DNA of 64,000 bases from Chloroflexota bacterium (GCA_036732045.1 DAINDD010000002.1:16089-80088); one strand, 5' to 3'. Counted from the first letter of the stretch, positions 27,359-37,221 are shown. Made by a program: numbers and translations. Notes: generated from the sequence alone by a model not told the origin.

Positions 27359-28884
27359 CGATTAGCATGGCGACTCGGCCGCTGATGCTTATTGGTGTCG
27401 TCGCAGCGCTGCTTGCGGTCGCATTACTCGCGCTGGCGGCGCCGCAGATCGCCAGCGCCCACCCGCTAGGCAACTTTACAGTCAACCGCTACAGCCGGAT
27501 TGAGGTCTACTCGGACAAACTACGCGTCAACTACGTGCTGGATATGGCTGAAATACCGACGTTCCAGGACGCCACGAACGTCGACACCAACGGCGATGGC
27601 ACCGTCTCCGACGCTGAGGCCCAGGCCTACGCCGCGAGCAAGGCAGTTGAGTTGGGAACGCACCTCGGGCTTCAACTGAACGGCGAGTCCCAGAAGCTGC
27701 ATCTGACCGACAGCCATGTCTCCTTTCCCGAAGGGCAGGGAGGCCTCCAGACGACGCGCCTGACCGCGACCTACGAAGCACCGGCGCCCTCCGGCCAGGT
27801 CGCGCTGGCGTACGTGGATGGCAACTTCGCGGATCGCCTCGGTTGGCGCGAAATCGTCGTTCTGCCGGGCACCGGAGCCGAGCTTACAGGAGATTTCCCG
27901 ACACAGGACGTGAGCCAGGCGCTGACGTCGTATCCCGGCGACAAAGTCGCAAGCCCGTTGGACAGCACAAGCGTCGCCTTCACTTTCAACGACGCCAGCG
28001 CGATGGCGGCTCCGGTTCTCTCCGGCATTCCCGTCGCGGCGAAGGCGCCGGAGCGTTCAGGCACGGCATTCGTCTCGCTGATCAACACCGATAACATCAC
28101 GCTCGAAGTGATCCTGCTGGCGCTGCTGGCAGCGTTCGGATTCGGCGCGTTGCACGCCGTCGAGCCAGGCCATGGCAAGACCATGGTGGCGGCGTACTTC
28201 GTCGGCGTGAAGGGAACCGCCCGGCAAGCGCTGTCGCTGGGGATGGTCGTCGCAATCACGCACACGATTGGCGTCTTAGGCATCGGCCTGGTCGCCATCT
28301 TCGGCTCGCAATGGATCCTGCCGGAGACGCTCTATCCCTGGCTGAGCCTCGCCTCAGGGCTGATGGTGCTGGCGTTGGGGTTACGGCTCATCGTACAGCG
28401 CAGCGGCGGCCAGCTGATGCACCGTCTTTCGCACCTGTCGATCTTCGGACACCACCACCACTCGCACGAGCACGACCCCACTGCATCGACTTCGACTGGC
28501 ATCCCGCCGTGGAAGACGCTGATCGCCGTCGGTCTCGCAGACGGTCTGACGCCGAGCCCCTCAGCGCTCGTTGTGCTGATCGCGGCGATCTCGCTGCACC
28601 GCGTCGGACTTGGCGTCGCGCTAATCGTCGCCTTCAGCATTGGCCTGGCGACAGTGCTGGCGTCGATCTCGCTCGGCCTGCTTTTCTTCCGCCAGGCTAT
28701 GGATGGCATCAGCCGCAGGGCCTCGACGACGCGCCTCCCACTTTTGTCGCGCATCGCGCCGTCCCTAACGAGCGAGGGACTCATCGTGCGCGCGCTGCCG
28801 ATGGCCGGTGCAATCGCTCTGGTGGCCGTTGGTCTCCTGCTGACGCTGCGCGCGCTCGGGCAGCCGGTCGGCGTTAGCATCTAG
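27355..28884 (+). CDS. RcnA/NicO-like nickel/cobalt permease fused to a roughly 230-aa N-terminal extracytoplasmic domain
   Basis: HAVEPGHGK signature, His-rich loop (HHHHSHEHD), 6 TM. Start overlaps the TPR stop (ATGA). Confidence 0.75.
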   Translation: MTISMATRPLMLIGVVAALLAVALLALAAPQIASAHPLGNFTVNRYSRIEVYSDKLRVNYVLDMAEIPTFQDATNVDTNGDGTVSDAEAQAYAASKAVELGTHLGLQLNGESQKLHLTDSHVSFPEGQGGLQTTRLTATYEAPAPSGQVALAYVDGNFADRLGWREIVVLPGTGAELTGDFPTQDVSQALTSYPGDKVASPLDSTSVAFTFNDASAMAAPVLSGIPVAAKAPERSGTAFVSLINTDNITLEVILLALLAAFGFGALHAVEPGHGKTMVAAYFVGVKGTARQALSLGMVVAITHTIGVLGIGLVAIFGSQWILPETLYPWLSLASGLMVLALGLRLIVQRSGGQLMHRLSHLSIFGHHHHSHEHDPTASTSTGIPPWKTLIAVGLADGLTPSPSALVVLIAAISLHRVGLGVALIVAFSIGLATVLASISLGLLFFRQAMDGISRRASTTRLPLLSRIAPSLTSEGLIVRALPMAGAIALVAVGLLLTLRALGQPVGVSI

Positions 28885-28949
28885 CACCCGGCCGGTGCCA
28901 ACCGTCTGCTCTCGCGGCCTCTGGGCGCACCCGTCTGCTTGCGGCGGCC

Positions 28950-29624
28950 TCATGAGCCGCGGCGGCGCATCAGCTCCTGGCGCACGAAGGGGTTCATCTC
29001 CTTCTCGGCGCCGATGCGCGTCTCCAGCATGTGGCCGGGAAGCACGACCGTCTCCTCAGGAAGCACGAGCAGTTTGTCGATAATGCTGGCCATCTCCTGC
29101 TCGTAGTCGCCGCCGGGCAGGTCCGTGCGTCCGATGGAGCCAGCGAAGAGGGTATCGCCGCTGAACAGCAGCCCGTCCGTGTAGTAGGACAAGCTGCCGG
29201 GCGTGTGGCCAGGAGTGTGGATAACACGCAGCTTGACGCCCTCAACCTCTATCTCGTCGCCGTCCTCGGGCGAGAAGTCGGGGTCCGGTGGGTCTTCGGC
29301 GGCTTGGCCGGTGAGGCGGAGCGCTGTCTGCGCCGCCATCGCGGCGATGGCACGCTCGCCCTGGTGCAGGTAGAACTTGGCGCCGGTCTGCCGCTGGACC
29401 TCACGCACGCCGAGGATGTGGTCGACGTGGGCGTGGGAGTTGGCGATGGCCTTGATGGCGACGCCCATGTCGCGCGCCATCGCCAGGATCTCCTCCGGCT
29501 GGTCGCCGGGGTCGATGCAGATGCCTTCGCCAGTGCGGCGGTTGCCGATGACCCAGCAGTTCTCCTGGAAGACCCCGACGACGATGCCGCGGACGATGAG
29601 CTCGGTAACTTGCGGTTCTGTCAT
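28950..29624 (-). CDS. MBL-fold metallo-hydrolase (glyoxalase II-like)
   Basis: HAHVDH and HTPGHTPGS metal-binding motifs. Confidence 0.85.
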   Translation of the reverse strand: MTEPQVTELIVRGIVVGVFQENCWVIGNRRTGEGICIDPGDQPEEILAMARDMGVAIKAIANSHAHVDHILGVREVQRQTGAKFYLHQGERAIAAMAAQTALRLTGQAAEDPPDPDFSPEDGDEIEVEGVKLRVIHTPGHTPGSLSYYTDGLLFSGDTLFAGSIGRTDLPGGDYEQEMASIIDKLLVLPEETVVLPGHMLETRIGAEKEMNPFVRQELMRRRGS

Positions 29625-29640
29625 GGGTACGAGCGCTATG

Positions 29641-30114
29641 TTACCCACCCACAAGCTGTGTCGCCAGAAGCGTCAGCATCGCCGCCAGGCAGACGAGGTG
29701 ATCGCGGAGGATGCTTCGGGCGATCGTGCTGCGCACATCCGTGGGATCCGTCGGTCGGCCCAACCGCCGGGCTCGTCCGAACACCCTCAGGCCGGCCAGC
29801 CCGAACCCCACGAGCGCCACTGCGATCGAGACGACGCTGACCCAAGCCGGAACGTCGCCGCGCGCTGCCTGGACGGTGAGCGCGACAAGCAGCGTAAGCA
29901 TTACAGTCGTGACCAGTCGTCCCATCGGCGAGGCGGTCTCAGTCACGCGGTGGTAGTACCCCGAGATCGAGTCGAGTACGGACTCCGGGACGGCTGGCTC
30001 GCGACGGTGGGCCAGCACCTGGACGTCAAACATCAGATCGAACCAGAGGACGGCGATTAGGAATCCGGCGCCGGCGGCAATGAGCTGCGAAAGGAGCATG
30101 GCGCCGCCAATCAT
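29641..30114 (-). CDS. hypothetical membrane protein
   Basis: 157 aa with four predicted TM helices. Confidence 0.45.
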   Translation of the reverse strand: MIGGAMLLSQLIAAGAGFLIAVLWFDLMFDVQVLAHRREPAVPESVLDSISGYYHRVTETASPMGRLVTTVMLTLLVALTVQAARGDVPAWVSVVSIAVALVGFGLAGLRVFGRARRLGRPTDPTDVRSTIARSILRDHLVCLAAMLTLLATQLVGG

Positions 30115-30127
30115 ACGTCAGAGCGCA

Positions 30128-30163
30128 TAAGAAAACGCCCGCCCGATTTGCACCGGGCGGGCG
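30128..30163 (-). terminator. rho-independent terminator downstream of the ALDH gene
   Basis: 10-bp GC stem (CGCCCGCCCG / CGGGCGGGCG) with an 8-nt loop, followed on the minus strand by TTTTCTT. Confidence 0.55.
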
Positions 30164-30186
30164 CTTCGATTGCTTTTCGTTTCAGC

Positions 30187-31638
30187 CTAGAGCTGGAGTG
30201 ACTTGACCTCGAGGTACTCCTCAAGACCGTACTTGCCAAGCTCGCGGCCGTGGCCGGACTGCTTGAAGCCACCGAACGGAGCGTTGACGTTGAAGCCGCC
30301 GCCGTTGATCTCCACCTGGCCTGTGCGCAGGCGGCGGGCGACGCGCTTGGCGCGCTCAGGGTCGCCGGACCAAACGCCACCGGCGAGGCCATATGGGGAG
30401 TCGTTGGCGATACGGATGGCGTCTTCTTCGTCCTTGTAGCCGATGATCGAAAGGACGGGCCCGAAGATCTCTTCCTGGGCGATCGCCATGTCGTTGCGCA
30501 CGTTGGAGAAGACCGTCGGCTCTACGAAGTAGCCGGTCTTGTGAGCGGTCTCAGCGCCGCCGGTGACCAGCTTCGCGCCTTCTTCCTGGCCCTTCTTGAT
30601 GTAGCCGCGGACGCGCTTGAACTGCGTCTCGGAGACCAGCGGACCGAGCAGGCTGCCTTCGGCGAAGGGGTCGCCGGTCTTGAAGTTGGCGGCGGCCTTG
30701 GCGGCGAACTTCTCGGCCTCAGCCATCTTTCCTTCGGGGACGAGCATGCGGGTGAGCGCGCTGCAAGTCTGGCCGGAGTTCTGGTAGCACTTGGCGACGC
30801 CGTCAGTCACGGCACGCTCAAAGTCAGCGTCATCCAGGATGATGTTGGCCGATTTGCCGCCGAGCTCCAGGGCGACTCGCTTGACGGTCTGCGCTGCCAG
30901 CTCGCTGACGCGCTTGCCGGCGCGAGTGGAGCCGGTGAAGGAGACCATGTCGACGTCGGGGTGTGAGGCGATCGCCTCACCGACGACGGGGCCGAAGCCG
31001 GTCACGAGGTTGAAGACGCCGGCGGGAAGCCCGGCCGCGTCAATGCACTCAGCGAGGATGAAGGCGTTGAGCGGTGCGACTTCACTGGGCTTCACGATGA
31101 CGGTACAGCCTGCAGCTAGCGCGGGCGCAACCTTGGCCGCGATCTGGTGCAGCGGGTAGTTCCACGGTGTGATGCAGCCGACGACTCCGACCGGTTCCCT
31201 GACGACGAGCGAGTTGCCGATCGTTTCTTCGAACTGCGTCTGACCGGCGTTCACTGAGGCCATGCTGAACGTCACGATCGGCACGCCAGCCTGAATGAAG
31301 CGGGACAGCGGGATCGGCATGCCGACCTCTCGTGCAATTGTGACGGCGATCTCTTCCTGCTTGGCCTGGAGGTTGGCGGTGATCTTCTGCAGGTAGGCGA
31401 CGCGCTCCTCGACTGTGGTCTGTGACCACGTCTCGAAGGCGGCCTTGGCGGCCATCACTGCCTTGTCGATGTCTTCGGCGGTGCCTTCTGGGACGCGCCC
31501 GACGACTTCTTCCGTTGTGGGGTTGATCACATCGATCATGCCTGCGCCGGTTGGCTCAACCCAGGCACCGTTAATGTAGAACTTGTCGCGGATCTGGGCA
31601 TCGCCGGCCGGGGCGGGCTTCGTTGCTTGCTGTGTCAT
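30187..31638 (-). CDS. NAD(P)-dependent aldehyde dehydrogenase
   Basis: ALDH family ([10 protein letters not shown]; catalytic Cys region GQTCSA). Confidence 0.9.
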   Translation of the reverse strand: MTQQATKPAPAGDAQIRDKFYINGAWVEPTGAGMIDVINPTTEEVVGRVPEGTAEDIDKAVMAAKAAFETWSQTTVEERVAYLQKITANLQAKQEEIAVTIAREVGMPIPLSRFIQAGVPIVTFSMASVNAGQTQFEETIGNSLVVREPVGVVGCITPWNYPLHQIAAKVAPALAAGCTVIVKPSEVAPLNAFILAECIDAAGLPAGVFNLVTGFGPVVGEAIASHPDVDMVSFTGSTRAGKRVSELAAQTVKRVALELGGKSANIILDDADFERAVTDGVAKCYQNSGQTCSALTRMLVPEGKMAEAEKFAAKAAANFKTGDPFAEGSLLGPLVSETQFKRVRGYIKKGQEEGAKLVTGGAETAHKTGYFVEPTVFSNVRNDMAIAQEEIFGPVLSIIGYKDEEDAIRIANDSPYGLAGGVWSGDPERAKRVARRLRTGQVEINGGGFNVNAPFGGFKQSGHGRELGKYGLEEYLEVKSLQL

Positions 31639-31695
31639 TTGTGCTCTCCTTCTGGTGGAAGGGCCGAAGCCGCTCCGCTGCGTCTATATCCAGCC

Positions 31696-33156
31696 CTATT
31701 TCAGGGCCACCCAGACGGCCTTGTGCTCAGTGTACGAGTCGATCGCCTGGCGGCCTAGCTCGCGTCCGAAGCCGCTGTCCTTGTAGCCGCCCCATGGCGA
31801 GCGCGTGTCCGTAGCGCCGTACGTGTTCACCCAAACGGTGCCGGCGCGCAGTCTGTGTGCCACAGCATGCGCCTTGCCTACGTCCCTTGTCCAGACAGCG
31901 GCCGCCAGTCCGTATGGGGAGTCGTTGGCTATTCGCACGGCTTCGTCGAGGTCACTGACCGGTATTACGGAGGCAACCGGCCCGAAGATCTCTTCGCGGG
32001 CGATCCGCATGCTGTTGTTCACGTCCGCGAAAATCGTCGGCTGCACGAAGTAGCCGCGGTCGCCGATGCGTGAGCCGCCGGCGACGAGTTTCGCGCCCTC
32101 GCTGCGGCCGATGCCGATGTAGCTGAGCACGCGGTCGAACTGCTCTTCGGACACGATGGGGCCCATGTACGTCTTGGGGTCCAGCGGATCGCCGACACGA
32201 ATTGTCCTCGCGCGCTCGTTAAGGCCTTCGAGGAACGCCTCGTAGACCGACTTTTCGACGATAATGCGTGAGCCAGCGCTACAGACCTCGCCCTGGTTGA
32301 AGAAGATGCCGCCGCTGGCGCCGCGGATCGCCGCGTCCATATCAGCGTCGGCGAGGACGATGTTCGGGGACTTGCCGCCGAGCTCCAGCGAAACCTTCTT
32401 CAGCGAGGCGGCGGAAGCTCGGACGATGATGCGGCCGACCTCCGGGCTGCCGGTGAAGGCGATCTTGTTGACGTCCGGGTGCTCCACGAGCGCGGCCCCT
32501 GCATCGCCGAAGCCGGTCACGATGTTGACGACGCCGGCCGGAATGCCCGCCTCCAGGCAGAGCTCGCCTATCCTCAGCGCGGAGAGCGGCGACTGTTCCG
32601 CGGGCTTGAGGACGACGGTGCAGCCGCAGGCCAGCGCCGGCGCGAGTTTCCAGGACGCCATCATCACGGGGAAGTTCCAGGGGATGATCTGTCCGACGAC
32701 GCCCACCGGCTGCCGCAGTATGTAGGTGAACATCGGGCCGCGGACGGGGACGGTCTCGCCGTGGATCTTGTCCGCCCAACCGGCGTAGTACTCGAAGCAG
32801 TCGATGGCGGCCGGTAGGTCGACGCGCAGGCTGTTGGTCACGGGCTTGCCCGCGTCGATCGCGTCGATCTCGGCGAGATGCTGCGCGTTCTCGCGCACAA
32901 GCTCGCCCAGCTTGTACAGAAGCCGCCCCCGGTCCGCCGGATGCATCGCCGACCACTTCTCGAACGCCGCGCGTGCCGCCTTCACCGCCCGGTCGACGTC
33001 CTCAGCGCTCCCCTCCGCTACGCGCGCGATCGTTTCGCCGGTGCTGGGGTTCGGATCGTCGTAATACTTTCCGGAAGCGGGCGCGACCCATTCGCCGTTG
33101 ATCAGGATCTTCGTCGGGCTGGCGATGCCGGTTCTGTTATCGGTAACTTGTGTCAT
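31696..33156 (-). CDS. NAD(P)-dependent aldehyde dehydrogenase (paralog)
   Basis: ALDH family (ELGGKSPNIV, GEVCSAG). Confidence 0.9.
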   Translation of the reverse strand: MTQVTDNRTGIASPTKILINGEWVAPASGKYYDDPNPSTGETIARVAEGSAEDVDRAVKAARAAFEKWSAMHPADRGRLLYKLGELVRENAQHLAEIDAIDAGKPVTNSLRVDLPAAIDCFEYYAGWADKIHGETVPVRGPMFTYILRQPVGVVGQIIPWNFPVMMASWKLAPALACGCTVVLKPAEQSPLSALRIGELCLEAGIPAGVVNIVTGFGDAGAALVEHPDVNKIAFTGSPEVGRIIVRASAASLKKVSLELGGKSPNIVLADADMDAAIRGASGGIFFNQGEVCSAGSRIIVEKSVYEAFLEGLNERARTIRVGDPLDPKTYMGPIVSEEQFDRVLSYIGIGRSEGAKLVAGGSRIGDRGYFVQPTIFADVNNSMRIAREEIFGPVASVIPVSDLDEAVRIANDSPYGLAAAVWTRDVGKAHAVAHRLRAGTVWVNTYGATDTRSPWGGYKDSGFGRELGRQAIDSYTEHKAVWVALK

Positions 33157-33415
33157 ATGTGTGTATACCTCTGCGTGCTACTGTTGCGGGCCACGGGCGA
33201 GGTGTCAAGCGGGGTGGTGGGTCGACCCACGTGGGTAGAGACGTTCCACCGGGACGTCTCTAGGGCAATAATCTTTCTGGATCGCGCGTCCGTTCATCCG
33301 TTCCCGATCCGATCATAGCCAACCGCCGGACGTCGCAGATCCTCACCCCAGCCCCTCTCCCGCTGCGGCGGGCGAGCGGAGCTGCGATCGGGCGCGCTGA
33401 TACATGGGGCATGCC

Positions 33416-33612
33416 ATGGATGCTCTCAGAATCGAAATTCTCATCGAACGCAACGAGGAATGCCTGCACGCCTATTGCCCTGCGTTGAGGGGGCTCCTGT
33501 GGATGGTGATACGGTAGAAGAAGCCCTTCAAAACGCTTGCGAGGCCGTGATTCTGTATATCCAATGGTTTCGCAACCATGGAGAGCCTCTTCCTGTCGGG
33601 CTAAGGGCCTGA
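33416..33612 (+). pseudogene. HicB-like (UPF0150) antitoxin remnant with a frameshift
   Basis: MDALRIEILIERNEECLHAYCPALRG continues in another frame as ...DGDTVEEALQNACEAVILYIQWFRNHGEPLPVGLRA. No intact ORF of 60 aa or more appears in the ORF track. No hicA nearby. Confidence 0.4.
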
Positions 33613-33624
33613 CCACCGGGTCGG

Positions 33625-33912
33625 CTACCCCGTCACCCTCGCCCGCCTCCCACATTCGCCGCACGTCCAGCGCTCGTACGTCTTCTTCGGCCAGCCGGCG
33701 GACTCCGACTGGTAGATCAGGACGTCCGGGACGGCGAACAGAAGCTCGATCAGCCAGCGGGGCGTTGACTTGCGGCGCGACTCGACGGACCAGTAGCGGA
33801 CTCCGCAACGCTTGCAAGCAGGGGGTTCGTGCGAGGCGCTCAGGTTAGCGGAGCAGCTCGATGAGCTGGTGGAGCATGCGGGCGGTGGCGCCCCAGATGC
33901 GATGGCCGTCAT
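33625..33912 (-). CDS. small zinc-ribbon protein (CxxC...CxxC), start uncertain
   Basis: High GC3 coding frame with CKRCG...CGECG. The listed ATG overlaps the NUDIX 3' end by about 68 nt; the true start may be internal or non-canonical. Confidence 0.3.
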   Translation of the reverse strand: MTAIASGAPPPACSTSSSSCSANLSASHEPPACKRCGVRYWSVESRRKSTPRWLIELLFAVPDVLIYQSESAGWPKKTYERWTCGECGRRARVTG

Positions 33913-34429
33913 ATGAAAAGGCCGGGACTAGCACTTCCCGGCCCTGGTATTGGCGTACCTCCAGTTCCATGTTCCCTTCTTCGAGAAGAAAGCTGAGGGG
34001 GACTTCCACTACTCGCGCGACCTCATGGTCGTTGATCTTGTAGGGATACGCGCCCTCGAACTCCAGCACGCCCACGCAAGGCGTCACGCGAAAGTTGCTG
34101 ATCGTGACCATGTCGTCCAGGCAGCCGATCAACCGCACGTGCTCGCGCTCGACGCCGATCTCCTCCTGCGTTTCGCGTAGGGCGGTTGCCTCGCAGCAAT
34201 CGTCGGCGTCGTCGCAGGCGCCGCCGGGGAAGGACATCTGGCCCTTGTGGTGCTCGACGTGGTTCGTGCGCTCGGTGAAGATGACGTTGGGCTCGCCGGA
34301 GCACGGGTGGATGAGGACGAGTATAGCCGCCGGCGATGCTGTTGGCAGATCGATCTTGCGGGGAGTGTAATCGGCGAGCGCTTGCTCGACGCGTTCGACC
34401 AGTTCGTCGCTTCCCATGAGTACTGACAT
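33845..34429 (-). CDS. NUDIX hydrolase (CoA pyrophosphatase-like)
   Basis: Nudix box GGACDDADDCCEATALRETQEEIG. Confidence 0.85.
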   Translation of the reverse strand: MSVLMGSDELVERVEQALADYTPRKIDLPTASPAAILVLIHPCSGEPNVIFTERTNHVEHHKGQMSFPGGACDDADDCCEATALRETQEEIGVEREHVRLIGCLDDMVTISNFRVTPCVGVLEFEGAYPYKINDHEVARVVEVPLSFLLEEGNMELEVRQYQGREVLVPAFSYDGHRIWGATARMLHQLIELLR

Positions 34430-34430
34430 C

Positions 34431-34982
34431 TTATCGCTCCACTGCTGAGTTGTCGCTTGCAAGTTCCGCGCGCGCTTTGATGATACGCTCTCGGAACCCC
34501 GAGATGTCGAAGTACGACCAACCCCGGACGGCGACGCGGCGAAGGTGGCGATAAGCCTGCGCGCGGACCGAGGCCAGACTCTCCGTTCCCGGCTGGCCTT
34601 GCGTGTCCTCGATCAGCTCGAGGAGATCGGCGAGCGCGTCGCTGAGCTGGTCGTTTTCAGAGCTCAGGCTGGAGATGGCCAATCGCTTATCCCCAGCCTG
34701 AGCCAGCATCCCGCTGATCTTACTGACGAGCGCGGTAGCGACTTCGTTGCTCCGGCCGATCGAACGGAGGGCGGCGCGGCCTGCGCCCAGGATCTCACGA
34801 AGCCTGGCATTGTCGGCGCGCAGGTCTTCGGCGAGCGTGTCCCACTCTGCGAAGAGCGATTCCACGAGCATCGAGGCGGCGCTGGCGGACTCTATCGCGA
34901 AGAGCGACGTCAATTCCGGCGTCAGCTGCTCGGCGATGGCGCCCTGGATCGCGCGGAGGGACTCGGCGATCGTCGGCCTCAT
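34431..34982 (-). CDS. hypothetical protein
   Basis: 183 aa, alpha-helical and Ala/Leu rich. Translationally coupled to the upstream kinase-like gene (ATGA overlap). Confidence 0.45.
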   Translation of the reverse strand: MRPTIAESLRAIQGAIAEQLTPELTSLFAIESASAASMLVESLFAEWDTLAEDLRADNARLREILGAGRAALRSIGRSNEVATALVSKISGMLAQAGDKRLAISSLSSENDQLSDALADLLELIEDTQGQPGTESLASVRAQAYRHLRRVAVRGWSYFDISGFRERIIKARAELASDNSAVER

Positions 34983-35992
34983 ACGCCCATCAGGTCCATT
35001 AGCTCGAGCTCCAGGCGGCCGACGTTGCGACCGAGGAACGCCATCATCGCGCTGCGAGTGCGCCCCTCGCAGTAAGAGCGGCCGCCGGTGAGGAAGATCG
35101 CGGCGAGCTTGACGTTGCCCAGCACTTCCCAGAAGCGAACCGACTCATCATCGATCGTGATGCCGGACGCTGCTTCGTACATGCGATAGAAGTCGGCGCG
35201 ATCCATCAGGCCGCCGATGTACTCGGTGCCGATCCAGCGCCACGGCCGGATACAGGCCCAACCGACGTCTTCCAGAGGATCGCCGAGGTGGGTCATCTCC
35301 CAGTCCAGGATGCCGACGATCTCGCCTGTCGGTGCGGCGAGGAAGTTGCCGGTGCGGTAGTCGGCATGGACGAGCACGACCCGCTGGGCCGGCGTCGGCA
35401 GATTGCGCCGCAACCAGCGGAACGCCGCGCGCAGGACCGGCTGCGGCTCCAGCGACTCCCTGGCGACGATCGGCTCCCACTTCTCGACTTCGGTCAGGCT
35501 ACACGACTCCGGAGCGGGCGCGCCGAGGAAGTCGAGCCCGGCGGTGCGCCAATCGATTGCGTGGATGCGGGCGAGGATGTCCGCGAAATCGGCCGCCATG
35601 CGGGCGCGCCCCGGGAAGAACGCTGGGTCCGTCAGCACCTTCTGCGGACTCGCCTCACAGCTGTCCAGGCGTTCCATCAGCGCGAACGGCCGGTCCAGGT
35701 GTGAGGCGTCCTGTTCCAGCCAGAGCACCTCTGGGATGGGGACGCCCCGGCCGTGGACGGCCTGCATCACTCGGAACTCTGTCTCGCGGTCGCTTTCCAG
35801 GACGCTGGCGTCGGGGTCACGGCGGAGGACGAAGCCGCGCTGCGCCTGCTCCCCGGCCTGACTCCAGGCCGCATCGAACGACCAGGTCTCGCGCGACTGT
35901 CCACCTGGTATGCGGTATAGGTTGCTGACCGAGATCTCGGTTGCGTCTGAGATGCGGGACGACAGGTAGCGGGCGATCCGTTGTTCGAGCAC
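34979..35992 (-). CDS. phosphotransferase-family protein (APH/CHK kinase-like)
   Basis: HADYRTGNFL (Brenner motif HxDxxxxN) and DWEMTHLGDP. Confidence 0.8.
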   Translation of the reverse strand: MLEQRIARYLSSRISDATEISVSNLYRIPGGQSRETWSFDAAWSQAGEQAQRGFVLRRDPDASVLESDRETEFRVMQAVHGRGVPIPEVLWLEQDASHLDRPFALMERLDSCEASPQKVLTDPAFFPGRARMAADFADILARIHAIDWRTAGLDFLGAPAPESCSLTEVEKWEPIVARESLEPQPVLRAAFRWLRRNLPTPAQRVVLVHADYRTGNFLAAPTGEIVGILDWEMTHLGDPLEDVGWACIRPWRWIGTEYIGGLMDRADFYRMYEAASGITIDDESVRFWEVLGNVKLAAIFLTGGRSYCEGRTRSAMMAFLGRNVGRLELELMDLMGV

Positions 35993-36213
35993 GGCGTAGT
36001 CAGGTTAGCACAGGCTTGCGCATTCGGGGTTCGTAGCGTTCGCCAGCCGCCCGTCAGCGGTGTAAGATACGAATGCGCGAAGCGCGCGTGAACTCAAACA
36101 ACGACTGACTTACTCCACCGATCCCAAGCACCCGACCTAATTTGTCAGGCTGAACTGGCCTTTAGCGTTGTTCACTTGGCTGCATATCGGTCTACCGGCC
36201 GAGGAGGCTAACT

Positions 36214-37221
36214 TTGGTCTACACGATGTCCACACCCTGGACGATGCAGGGACGTGAGAATGCGATTCAAAAGGCGGTCGCAGCGGTTTACGAGCGGTAT
36301 TTCGCCAAGGGGCCGCGCTGGGTCGCCAAGCATTTGCCTCAGCGCGCTGAAATGCGCAAATACGGCGAATACGTCAGCCCCGAGTCGCGCGAGATCCTGA
36401 TTGGCGACTTCGGTGTGGAATCGTTCGTCGAGGACTACGCCCAATCGGCGATAAGCGCGTCGGGGGATAGCAAGGCCACCATGCAGACCTACGTGCAGTG
36501 GGTGTTCGACGAAACCCGGCACAGCAACGCCCTCTGGTACTGCCTCACCGACTCCGGACTCTGCACAACAGAGGAGCTGGACGCGTACAAGGACGAATGC
36601 GGCCAGGACACCTGGACGTTCGAGAGACAGACAGGCCACGAAGGCACCCCGGTTCGCGCCGCCGCGTATGCCATCGCGCAAGAACGCCAGACGAAGAAGA
36701 ATTACCACGAAATGCAAAAGCGCATCTGGGGCGAGTACGGCTCGCCGACGGATTCGGACGGGAAAGCAGTCTTCCCGGCGATCGCGGGAGTGTGCCAGAC
36801 GCTGTCAATCGACGAAGGGTTCCATGAAGGCGTCTTCCGACAGATCACGCGCGCTTACCTGAAGTACTGGCCCGACAAGGCCCTGCAGGCGATGTGGGAT
36901 GTCTACGAGAAGTACCGCATGCCGATCGTCAAGCTGCCGAACGCCGAGGCGTTCATCGACGCCGTGCTTACCAGCGGGATCGATTCGCCGCGGGCCGTCG
37001 TCAAGGATGTGCTGGAGCCGACGTACAACGCGATGGGGCTCGAGGGGCGGGGAGCGCTGCGCCGCGCGGCGCGGGAGAGCTGGGACCTGCCGGAGGGCTC
37101 GGTGCTGCAGATCGGCGAGGAGCCTATCGAGGGCATCTCGGAAGGTGCGATCGCCTACACAATGGCGTCCGACGGGCACCTGACGCGAGTTGTCCCGGAA
37201 CAGACCCCAGCGACCATCTAG
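36214..37221 (+). CDS. acyl-ACP desaturase (soluble di-iron, DesA-like)
   Basis: Two ExxH di-iron motifs (DETRHSNAL; DEGFHEG). GAGGAGG RBS. Confidence 0.85.
   Translation: MVYTMSTPWTMQGRENAIQKAVAAVYERYFAKGPRWVAKHLPQRAEMRKYGEYVSPESREILIGDFGVESFVEDYAQSAISASGDSKATMQTYVQWVFDETRHSNALWYCLTDSGLCTTEELDAYKDECGQDTWTFERQTGHEGTPVRAAAYAIAQERQTKKNYHEMQKRIWGEYGSPTDSDGKAVFPAIAGVCQTLSIDEGFHEGVFRQITRAYLKYWPDKALQAMWDVYEKYRMPIVKLPNAEAFIDAVLTSGIDSPRAVVKDVLEPTYNAMGLEGRGALRRAARESWDLPEGSVLQIGEEPIEGISEGAIAYTMASDGHLTRVVPEQTPATI

Noticed and set aside
33260-33817. 185-aa minus-strand ORF across the ALDH-NUDIX intergenic region
   Set aside because: Overlaps the HicB-like remnant and the zinc-ribbon ORF. Arg/Pro-rich, no RBS, no domain.
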